Source: Camelus ferus
Lineage: Eukaryota
Reading direction: 5' to 3'
DNA: 64,000 bases
NCBI RefSeq assembly: GCF_009834535.1
Contig: NC_045697.1
Span: forward strand, 17,982,001-18,046,000
The notes under the pieces were generated by a model that was not told where the DNA came from, ran no database searches, and saw only the letters and a list, made by a program, of their open reading frames with translations. The position numbers and the translations under genes were made by a program. Below, piece after piece: positions 10,320-22,300 of the stretch (positions are counted from its first letter, which is position 1; each line of letters starts with the position of its first letter).

Positions 10320-13300
10320 GTGAGTGAGCCGGCGCGTAGCCCGGCCTCGGTTTCCACTGCTGTGGGCGCCACCTGTCTACCCCGCCCGTCCCTTCCAGTC
10401 CCGCTGAACCAGACGGGAAAGGTCGTTTATACGCCCATTGCCCAAATCTTATGGTCAAAACAACAGTTCTCACTCAGCTGAACTCAGTTACACAGTCCAG
10501 CATCCCGCACACTCTTTTAGTCATTTATTTGTTAAATGGGCTTTTAAAAGGCTCATGATGTGTCATTCTTGAGTTAGACATAGTACTAGGTCCACAGACT
10601 CTCCCCTAAGTTTACTTAGAGTTTAGGCAGAAGAAAGATGAGCTGTGGTCAGACCTGAGCTGCGAATATGCATGCATGTAGCTGCCACAGAGGATATGTC
10701 TGAGAATCTGTATTCTGTTGTCCAAGTTTTGCACCAGGCTGGAGAGCCACCTCCTGTTGACACCTTTAAATTAAACAAGGAGTGATGCTTCACTGGGTTC
10801 CTGATGCAGTGTGGGTAGTGTTGTCAGTTAGCACTTCTAGTTCACATTAGATTACCCTCCATCAAGTGTAACCCGGTTGTACCTAACTTTCTGCTGAGTG
10901 TTTTTAATTACCTGACAGCCATTTTGTAAGGAAACCTTCACCTGTGCATCTTTGCTCCTGTGGCCTTTTGGCAGGTTTCATGAGAGTTATCTGGCCAGGT
11001 GAGAGCTGCATTGTGTGACCCAGCTTGGCTAAGCTTGGGAACTAGGTGGTAAAAGAACTTAGCAGCAAGTGAAACTTAGCAGCCTTCAAAGCCATGTTGA
11101 CTGTCCTGACCTCGTTGCCAGGGTATTGATGTCTGCTTTCTCAGGGCCTGCTGTAAAATCTACTCTGCCTCCACTGCCAAGGTGCTTTGAAACTCTGTGG
11201 TGGCTCTAGGCAGAAGTCCAGGTACCATAGCCACAGCAGTAGGAGGGAAGGGAGAGAACTGACGCATCGTGTGGTCAGATGGGTAGATGTAATTGTGGGC
11301 ACGTGTTGCCTCTGTTTTCTCAGTGAAGAAAGGGCGCTATTTAGGAGGGAGGATGGAGGAGAAAAGAGAGATATGAAGAAGATGACAAGGCAAGTGGACT
11401 AACGAAACCTAATAGGATTGTTGGTCAGTATTAAGAGCCCCACAAGTTTAGTGGTTTTGTAGTTTAAAGGAAACTAATGAGCATGGTTGTGTCTCTTCTG
11501 TTCACTTGTGTGAGTGCAGGCAGGCATGGTTGGGTTTAACTGGGGTTGTTGTGCCAAAGTGTGACAAAGCAAGAGAGATGCAAGGGAGTTGAAGTTATAT
11601 GCAAGAGGAATGATTGTAATGATGAACTTCGGACTCCAACCTGATAAAGAAGGAAAGTGAGGGCATGTGTGGTGTGAGGGACAATGAATAGGTGGTGGAA
11701 TTAATAGATTGTATGTTTTGATGAGGTTGAAGAGTTGAAGTTGGGTATCAGTAGGGATGAGCAGGAAAGATACAAGTGGTGATGGGAAGTGGGAGGTTTG
11801 GAAGTTAAGATTATGGGAGCATCTGGAGTTTTTGGTAATGACAAGGTCACAGGCATGACCCTGGGAGTGACCAAAGTGAGGCAGAAGATGTGATCATTGA
11901 AGGAGACATAGTTGAGAACCGAAAAGTCAGGACATTTTAGCTCTTAAAATCACCAAGAATGACAATGAGTAGTGTTGGGAAACATGAGCGAGCCAGCCAG
12001 GAGTCCAGACCCCCCAGGAATGGTGGGGGATGGCCGAGGGGTCTATGAGTGACTGCAGTTAAGAGGGATGACAAGTGGTATTGTCTGACTGCATATGATT
12101 CAGAGTTAGAGGATTTTAAAGAAGAGAAGAAAAACATCCAGAAATGACATCACTCATCAAGGAGGAAACCTACTTTCTCTTCTAGCCCAGTAGTAGTACT
12201 GGGAACATGGTATGCAAAATGGCCACTGTACAAGCATCCTGTAGGGAAGCAGTGTCCTCAAGTGAGAAGCACATTTGAGAGAAGAGAATGAAGATACAGG
12301 GGATCTGTATCTTCACCTGACTGTGAATTCCAGAGGGCAGAGAGGAAGGGTTTCAGAAGTAAGGAAAAGGCAGAGATGGGCTCAGAAAAGAGCATGGAGT
12401 CTGGGTGGTGAGCGGTTCCTTGGGAGTCCTGGCTTCCCTGTAACCAGGAATGAAGGATGCTGTGAGATAAGGCAGGGAGTGCTACAGCCGTGAGTGTGGG
12501 GAACTGAGACAGAGTGTGTGTGGAGGGGTGGGGGGATCTTCAGGAGCACAGGCAGTTCTGATGCCTTTTCATTCCATTTCCAATGATTGTATAGAGGACA
12601 GAGTAGGGACAGTGTAGTTTTGAAGCACGAGGAGCTCTGGGGCATCATCTTGACCCTTCAAGGTGAGAATTTACCTGTGTGGAAATGGAAATTTAGAATG
12701 GCTCTGACTTGTCCAAGATCTATGGCCAGTAAGTGACACAGCTGAAATTAGATCCCAAGTTGGCTGATTCCAAGTTTAGTGTTATTTGATTATATATAGC
12801 TACCTTTTTCTTTTTTTTTTGATGTCCTTTATTTCTTTTTTTGTCATCTTCTTGGACAGCCTTATTCCTTTCTAAAAGATCAGTCTCTTGTTGACATAAA
12901 TGATAAAATGTATAGGATACAGAGTTAAATTAGACCTTGTTTCACCCATTTCTTTGGAAATACGTTAAGTTCATTCAGACACTGTTGTCTTCTAACTTGT
13001 TCTGATAGTTAAGTATTGTTCTCAACATGATTTTTAAAAATTTTATAGTGAGTGTCTAGGTTTATTTTGTTTTTGAAATGGATGTTTAATTCTCTGCTAT
13101 TATATCTGGTTTGTCTTAGGTTTTACTTCATCGTCTTGCAAGTTTTCATCGAGTTTGGAGTTTTCCACCAAATGAAAACACAGGAAAGGAAGTGACCTGT
13201 CTGGCTTGGAGACCAGATGGCAAACGTAATGATAGTATTGTTAAAAAATACATTTTTGCTTTTCAGAAAGAGTATTTTGTAAAGAGAGCTTATTTCCAGA

Positions 13301-16300
13301 AAGAATTGATTGTTCTTATTAGATGTTAGAATTTTAAATACCAGTTTGGGAACTTTGTTTTTTCAAAGGCTTTACAGTGTTTTCGTAGAACTCAGATTAA
13401 TTCTACTCTCTTTGTTTTGGCAAAAGGATCTCTAAAATGAAATCTGACTTCTTAGCAAAGATAAGTCTAAAAAGAGATTTGGTGGGAACTTTGGTTTCAT
13501 TCTTTCCCTATCTTGTCCTGTTGTTTGCCCCAGGCTTCATTTGCCACTCACTAGTCCGTTCAGTGCCATCATGGCCCTTTTCTCCCAGAAATGTGTTTTA
13601 GTATTAAGTGTGTGGCTCCTGAGTGTTCTCTCTGCATGTGTGCTTCCCTCACCGGAAGGACTGTCAGCTCTGACCCCATTCCTTCGGCTTCAGTGTACTC
13701 TGTCTCCTCCTGGTGCCCTGTATGTTGTGGCTTGTTACATAGTGGCTCTGAGGACTGAACTCCGCTCTTCCACGTGCTGCCCTGCAGTGACAGTTGATGT
13801 TTGAGCTGTTGTCCATATCTGGTCAGTACAAGAAAGTGCTGTAAATCATACAGCTGAAAGTTCATCTGTATCTTTGATGCTTTAAAAAAAAAAAGCTGAA
13901 TTGTTTTTGTAAAATGATACGTACTTCTCACTGCTTACTTTTTTCCTAGATGAATGTAAGTATGTAAAAAATCCCCTGAAAGCCTACCGCTTACAGACAA
14001 CTCTTTTTGTTTACACTCATTTTGCTCAGTTCTTGTTTTGTCTTTTACTTAAAAAAATAGTATGTGTAAAATTAGAGGACTTTCTTAAGTAATATTTTGA
14101 GATCTTGCACTATACATCCAAAAGCACCGGGATCTCAAAAATCATGGAAAGTCACTGTGGGTGAAAATGTATTTAAGCAGATGATATTTTTATCATTAAA
14201 AAGTCTTGTTTTTGGACAGTAAAATAGAGTTTTGCTTGGTAATGATTATTTCAAGATTGCTTTAAATTGTTTTGAAGAAGAGGAGACTTAGATTGCCTCA
14301 TATCTAGCAAAGTTGCATGTGTTGGTATACAGTAAAACTCACAGCCCTCTATTTAGAAATTCTTAAATTGATATGTTTGGAAGATGTTAATAACTTATGT
14401 AGAGAAACTATACTAGATGATTCAGCCACAGTGAAAGGAAGAAGACCCAGCAATATTTGATGGCCCTGTTCACGGAGGGTTAGAAATAAAAAAGGAATAA
14501 AAAACTTCCAAGAAGCAAGCAGATGGAATCACTTTTTAACTTTTAGATGGGGATCACTATGTCTTGGTGATACCATATCATTGTCTATCTGTTGATACTT
14601 GTTCAGTGTTTTCTGCTTGACATCAAGGTTCCTGTCTAGAGAGTTTGGTATGTAAGATGTTAAGTACAATACACGAGAAAGTAGTAGATCACTCATGAAA
14701 GTTTGAGCTTTTGAAAATGCATAAATAATGACATAACTATCTTTTAGTTTTTTAATTATTTAAAGGGAAGATTTAGAGGTCAAATCATTAGTATAATTGG
14801 GTGAGAATTGAAATACCCATTTTTCTCGAATGTTACACTAATTTGTTTTAATTATTTTTTCTTGTTCTAGTTTTGGCCTTCGCTCTTGCCGACACCAAGA
14901 AAATTGTTTTGTGTGATGTGGAGAAACCGGAAAGTTTGCACTCTTTTTCTGTGGAGGCTCCAGTTTCTTGTATGCATTGGATGGAAGTGACTGTAGAAAG
15001 CAGGTAGAGTAATAAACTCCAGTAGTCACAATCACATGTTGTGAAATTTTCAGTTTTTAAAAATGGAAGCTTAGGAGTGTCTGAGTGTTGGATGTGTGTC
15101 CATTACATTTAACTTTTGGTTTTTAAGTTAATCAAGGTGAAACTTTTTTTAATGCTTTGTTAGACTTTTTTCTCTTCTGAGAAAATCTATTTTCTTATCG
15201 AAGTAATAATGCCTGAATGGATGAGATTTTTTTTTTCAGTCATTTTTAGTAGTTTATAGCAGTGATTTATACATTCAAGTAATATTAATTAAAGTTAATG
15301 ATTAGCAAGTTGAGGTTCTGTTTTTCTTTTCAGCGTGTATTTCATCTGGAGCTTTGTTTTTTTTTTGTGTGTCTTGGTAAATATTCTTAGAATATGAAAA
15401 GTACTGAATTGAGCATTCTGTTTTGATGCTAAACTGGTTCTTTCTGTGTTCGTGGTCCCAGTAGTTTCCTTGTTTCATGAAGATAATTTTGCCTTAGTCT
15501 TTGATGTCAAATATTTTGCCAGGTTTGTGGTAAAGGTGGCCTAAAGATCAGTGGGTTTAGTGAATATGGAAAATAAAGTTTCTTTTTGAGGAAATGTGAT
15601 CATTTTCTTTACATTAGCTTTTCTATTCTAATTAAGTTGTAAGTTAAATATCAAATTAATTTGTAAATCCTGATTATTAATTCACAGATTTCCTAAGTTG
15701 GGGGCCATAAAGAATTGGATAACAAGGATCTAGCCTGGGGTTTGAATTCACTATAGATAAAACAGGGATTAATCCGTCATAAAATAATCAAAGGTGGCAA
15801 ATGGTCATGTGAATTCATAGATGGTTAGAGGAGCAGAGTATACCACAGACTTTCTATCCCTGCCCAGTTGCCTTCCAAGTGTGTTCTAACACTCTCTACT
15901 GAGAAATCAGAAATGTTACGTGGGGATTCCAGGGTCTCTCATGACACCACTTTTTCTCCTTTTCACTCATTTATTTTCAACCACATTTGGAGGTAGAGTT
16001 GAAAAATAAAGTGGAATAAATAAAACTATTCAAAATGCCTGGTGGCGTCTTATGTACCTGCTGGGTTGTTAAATCTCCAGATATGTGTAAGCCATAGAAT
16101 GCATCATTAAATTATATAATAATTGCGGTGTTTTTAAAAATTACTCCTGGTACTCAGATGTTCAGTGTCAGTTCTTAGAGGAGAGTTAAGAAATCATAAA
16201 TTCTCAGTATCTGATACTGAATACTTTTGAATACATTTCATATACTAAGAAAATTATTTATAAATATTTGTCTTTCTAAATGTAAACTGACTTTTTTCAG

Positions 16301-19300
16301 AAATAAAGTTCTAAGTAAATGAAGAATTTCCAGTTTTTCTATTTCTTGTTACAGTGACTGTTTTATAGTGGTAAACTGTGTGACATCTGTTTAGTTGGCA
16401 ATGTAAAATGTATACAACCGAGCATTTAAAAAAATTAGTATTTTCCAATAGAAAAAAAGTAAAATCTTTGTTTTTATAATGCTTGTTTTTGTTTTGTTTT
16501 GTTTCCCCCTTTTTAGTGTTCTAACATCTTTTTATAATGCTGAGGATGAATCAAATCTTCTCTTACCTAAGCTTCCTACGTTGCCAAAAAAGTAAGTATC
16601 AGAGTTTAATTTCATTGGGATTAATCTTGCAGATTTCTTTTCTTTACTTTTAACACTGTAACAGTTTTCTCGTCTGTTTTTAAAAACTGTATTTTTGTTA
16701 ATATTTTTTATCCTAATCTCTGTTTTTCTCTAGTTATAGCAACACCTCAAAAATATTTAGGTAAGATAATACCCTTTTTGTTTTCAAGTAAGATAATCTT
16801 TTACTACTTGAAATATATAGTTGAAAGATAATCCAATTTATTTTTGTATTTTAGTGAAGAAAATTCTGATGAAATTATTAAGCTTTTGGGAGACGTCAGG
16901 TAAGTCTTTCAGATATCTTATTAAGTCTAATTTTCTTAAATTTGATGCTTGATATTTGAGGCAGTTTTTAGACTAAAGTTTCAAGGACAGTTTCTTTATT
17001 TGTCATGTTATTTCATTGCTGACAAGTACCTCTGAACAATAAACAGATAATATCTATTATTTACTTGTCTTTATTGTATGGTTTTTGATTGTGTCTGGTT
17101 TAATATTATGGGGTACTTTTATTTTAATAAGTAAAGGAGGAAGGAAAGTCCTAGAGTTTCTAAAATTTAAATTTAAATATTCAAATTCTTTAAGCCCATT
17201 TAATATATTTAGCATCAAAACTGATGATGCTTTGTATTAGCTGAAAAAGGGATGCTTTATTATTGAGAATATATAAATACAGTTATCATTAAAATAATAT
17301 GTTCTTATTTTACTATAAACTGATGTTTTCTAGGTTGGATAAAGTTTATGTTTTTCCTTTGAAAGAAGGAATAACCTCAGTGTGATTGAGTCTTGGTGAG
17401 TTTGTTTGGTGATTCAGTTGTCCTGCAAGGGAGCTTGAGCGTGCAGAGTATATGAGAGCAGGAACAACTCAGGTCTTGGTTTAAGAACTCTGTCCTCTCT
17501 GTTGTCTTCACCTTGTGCATTATTTTAAATTAGGCTTAATATTCTTGTCCTTGGAGGAAGCGCTGGATTTATTGAGCTTTATGCTTATGGAATGTTCAAA
17601 ATTGCTCGAGTCACAGGGGTAAGTTTTTCTTTAAAATTTTCTATTTTTTCTGTTAGAATATAGCAGCTGACTGATTTATGGGAAAAGGATAAGACTTTAC
17701 TTTTTAAAAAATTTCAGTTATTGAAATTATTCTTAAATATTAAAAGTATAATTTTCTTACTAAGATAAAATAGTGATATGATGTCCATGAAATTCAGGGG
17801 CTCTTAGTGGAATTAGGCACGTTTTTTCCCTAACAAAAAGATTGATATGATACACTTGATTATGATTTAATGTTTTTCTGGCCTTGTAGTGTTTAAGAGG
17901 TACAATTTGTGATTGGAATGTGATGAAAGTCATCGGAAGCCATCTGATGCTCAGTTGTGGCCTTCTCCATGGCTTTTTATTCTTATTCTTACCATTCCCT
18001 AAAGGGGTAGAAAATACTGTAGACTATGTGGAATGTGTTGGTTATCCAGCATTTGACTTGAGCCCCATTTGCGGGGGGTGTCCTTGTGATGAGTGGACAC
18101 ATGCCTTCATCTGCTACACATACATGGCAGGAGCCAGGCGTGTGTGTTTCTACTTTTTAGAGCTCTGAATTCTTACTTCCTGTATTGTAAGCGGGTGCGG
18201 TCTAGCAATAATACTAAATGTACTGGGGACTTGACTGTTTTACAGATTGTTGGTACTTGTCTTGCATTATGTCTGTCAAGTGACTTGAAATCATTGTCAG
18301 TGGTCACAGAGGTGTCTGCTGGTGGTGCTTCAGAAGTTTCCTACTTTCAGGTGAGTATAGGAACCTGACAGCAGCAGAGAGTAGATGTATATTTTTAAAG
18401 GTTTAATAGTTTTTAATTATCCATATCATTGGATTCTAATGGTCATTAAAACAAAAGAGCAAGAAAATCGACTTGGAGCTTCTTATATATAGAATCTTAT
18501 TGTAGTAAACACCGTACTAGTCCAGTGATCCAGCATAATTTTCCCCAAAACAATGTTTTGATGGTCTGTTAATGACCATATTACTTCGTTGCTGTACCAG
18601 TTCATCTTTGTACCAAGTGTGTTTTTAGGACTCTGACCCAAATAAAAAGAAAAAAAAGCTAATATTAATCATTTTATACGTGCCACATACTGAGTGATTT
18701 AGAATAATTCATTTGAATCTTCACAGTAACCCAATAGGTAGGTACTGTTACTATCTCCGTGTCATAGATGAGTAAATGGGTGCACAGAGAAACTGTAATA
18801 TGGTTGGTGTCACAGAGTTGGAAAGTGATGCTGGGCAGTCTGGCTCCATAGTGGTGCTCTTAACTAACACATTGTCTCTTGGGTAAGATGATTACTTAAT
18901 GTTGGGAAAACCTTTCTTATTGTGTGCTATTTGTGTTATAGATTGTGGAAACTGTTTGGAAACTGTTCTTAAATAACCCAGCCACTTAGTCCTAAGTGTG
19001 CATGAACTCTTAAACAAAAGTAGGACAAAAGACGCAAGATGCGTGTGATGCCTTCCAACGTTTGCTGTATTCAGAATGTTAGACAACCTTTCACTTTTTG
19101 ATATTTGCTGGACAGTTGTTCATATTAGCTCTTTATCTTAAGGTTCTGTGAAAATATGATTTCCAGGATTGCATTTGGTGCTGTAATAAAGCAATTCACT
19201 ATTTCTTTTAAATTTGTAATAGATGCTTTTAATGACAGTTTTGTTGAGATAATACACTTTGTATTAGATACTTAACTTGTATTTATCAGTAGCCTATAAT

Positions 19301-22300
19301 TCCTTTAAAGTTTCTTACAGATAATTCCTCATAGTAGTGTTGCAAAATAGGTTATTACATTTATTCTAACTATGTAGAGGGGATTGCTAACCTAGAGAAA
19401 GTGATATGTGCACAGTTAAACACTGCAGATTAGAAAATCCTCAGGTTGTATTTTGTTAGTCTCCAAACTGTTATGCTCAAAAGGATCAGAATTCTGACAG
19501 TCTTTCTGATATATAGTTAGACCTTGACTCTTCTAAATTATAGGACTTCTTTTTTTTTGATCTGAGAGGGACTTAATTTATCTTTAAAAGAAGTAATCAT
19601 GTCTGCTTGTGACTCACTTTATTATTTTGATTTTACAGCTTGAAACCAATCTGTTGTACTCTTTCTTACCTGAAGTAACTAGAATGGCCAGAAAGTTTAC
19701 TCACATTTCAGCTCTTTTACAGGTATTTATTTCTAGCTTATTTTATGTGAATGTTTGCTATAAGTTTCTAATGTTCTGTAAATAAAAACTTGAAAATCTT
19801 ACCTTTTAAAGCCAACTATATGTGGTAGAGGTGTCTAGTCTGGTAAATAATTTTATAATGTCCATTAGAGCAAGAAAAAGAAATTTAATTGAAAATCTAC
19901 TCCCACCCATCTCTATTTCTCCAAAAAAAAAAAAAAAGAAAAAGGAAAAATAGTTTAAACTCTTAAACATTCTCATAAATAAAATAACATTTTGGAATTT
20001 TAAAAGTTTTATTGCAAATAAAGTATTATGGAAAACAGTCATCATATCAATTACCTTTTGTATGTAATAAACGCACCCTAGATAAGCTCATGATTCTGTA
20101 GGTTAGTCAGTTGACAGTTTGAGCTGAGCTCAGCTGGAAGTTTTTGTTGTTCTGCTGAGATTCAGCTGCTCTGGGCTTGGTCGTGCATGGGTGGCCAGCT
20201 GGCTGGTCCAAGTGTCCCTTAGCTGTAGTGGCTTTGGGCTTCACATTCCTCATACCCAGCAGGCTGGACCAGGCTTGTTCATGGAGTGGTGATGGTGGCA
20301 GGGGTGTCAGGAGTGCAGGTGGAAGCGTGTACAGCCTTTTGAAGCTTTGGGCTCAGTGTCATTTCTGCAGCTTTGGTCATACCAAGGCATGAGGCCAGTT
20401 CAGATCGAAGGACTGGAGAAATTGACTCCTTGTCTGGATAGAAGGAGCTACAAAGAACTGGGGCCTTCTTTCAGGCGACCACCCACAGTCGCTTATGTAC
20501 TTCATGTCAAAGATTTCTGGAGATCAGTATCTTTTTAAAAGGATACTGTTTGAAAACTGAATGGTTGAGCAAACCAGCATTTTGACAGTTAATGTAAATA
20601 AAATACATCTTATATGTAAAAAGTAGAAAATACCTGTTTTGTAGGATAAAAACTTTAAGAATGTTTGATAGTTCAAGTGTTAGCTATGGTCTTCTCTTTC
20701 TAAGGCTTAACTGAGTTAAAAGTGATGGAAAGTAAATTCTGGATTTCTTTGAGACGGTTGACAGTAGGAAGCCTGTATTATTTAGTTAGCATATTGATTT
20801 AAATATTTTTGCCACTTTAATATCTTTTTCTTCTTGTTAATAGTATATAAATTTGTCACTGACATGTATGTGTGAAGCCTGGGAAGAAATACTGATGCAG
20901 ATGGATTCTCGTCTCACCAAGTTTGTGCAGGTAACGTAACTGAAGTTTCCTGCGGAAGGAGTTAAAGACTGCATAACGTCCTTATTTACCACATGATGTA
21001 CATAAGGAAAATTGGTCTGAGATGTAAAAGGCTCAGACCATGATTTCTTTCAGATGGCTTGCTCTGACCTCAAACTGTCATCTCAGAGGGAGAGAGGGCT
21101 CTCTTCTAGGATTGTGAGATGGAGCTGTTAGGGCTTGGGGAATTGACAGGTGTTGGAAGAGCTAACTGGCTGTTTTTCAGTAACTGCGATTCAGATAATC
21201 AGTTTAAACATGCATTTGAGGGGAGGTTAAGGGCAAGAAAGGGAGTTGTGTTCATGTAATTTTTGAATAAAAATGCTTACAATTTAAACAATATATATCA
21301 TGATTTTACCTGTCTTTCTCTAGGAAAAGAACACAACCACGTCAGTGCAAGATGAATTCATGGACTTGCTGTTGTGGGGGAAAGCAAGGTAAGTAAACTC
21401 ATATTAGGTACTTATGCTTTTCCTTCTCTTGTTAAGGTAATTTATTTCAAAAACAATTCATATTCATTGTGAAAGAAAAAATAGAACATTCTGGTGCACA
21501 AAAAACAGAAGAGTAGTATATGTCTTTCTAGGCTTTTTTATTAACATTTATTTTTATGTAAGTGTGATCATTTTGTGTGTATGTATAATATGTGTATACA
21601 TATTATGTACTTTTTAAATGTATAAAAAATAAAATTTTTATATAGCCAAGTCAGTATTTTCCTTTATAATATTTGCCTTAGTGCTATTCTTAAAAAGACC
21701 TTTCTCGCCTTAAGAGAGAGTGTTTAGAGGTCTATATCTTCTTTTAGAGGTTTTTTGTGATTTATATTTTTATTCCATTTGCATGTTCCAGATATGATTT
21801 ATTTGGTTATATGCTGTGGAAGACTAACTTCTTTATTTCTAAGTGTTTAGATAATTGCCCAATGTAATTTGTTGAGTATTACACCTTCTCCTTACTGATC
21901 TGAAATACCATTTTAGCATCTAGTGTTATATCCTCATATTTACTTCGATCTGCTCCTGGACTTTGTTGTTTCCTGTTTCTGTCCATTCCTTTGTGAGTGC
22001 AACAAAGTCTTAGTTTTTGTTGGGCTATTTCTTTTTGTTTATTTTGTTTAAAAAATCTTTTTTGTACTTTGAAATTTAAGCAGTTTAAGTGATGCATTCA
22101 GATTTTGAGTAGAAAAGACTGAAAATATTTTCTTTTTCATTCTAGTGCTGAACTTCAGACCCTCTTAATGAACCAGCTAACAGTAAAGGTGCAGTTAAAA
22201 TCTCTTTGTATTTAAATGGCTGTGAACACATTCTTAATTTTTTTTTAGAATGCCATACAGTATCTTACTTGTATGCTAAATATGTATTTTTTCTTTTAAT

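Larger units (their letters stand above)
9840..10440 (+). promoter_or_regulatory. ANAPC4: CpG island / TATA-less promoter of ANAPC4
   Basis: The strongest CpG-dense segment of the window, spanning the start codon. It contains TCTCGCGAGG at 9917-9926 (1 mismatch to the BANP-type TCTCGCGAGA palindrome) and the ETS/GABPA motif ACCGGAAGTG at 9937-9946. Confidence 0.9.

Noticed and set aside
9777..10481. 234-aa ORF as a standalone protein
   Set aside because: It starts at a TTG at the edge of the microsatellite, upstream of the presumed transcription start, and runs through the exon-2 donor into the intron. Only 10191-10319 is real ANAPC4 coding sequence.
18093..18245. In-frame upstream extension of exon 9 via the AG at 18159-18160
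   Set aside because: That acceptor adds 85 nt and shifts the frame relative to phase-0 exon 8, so the open frame is probably chance.
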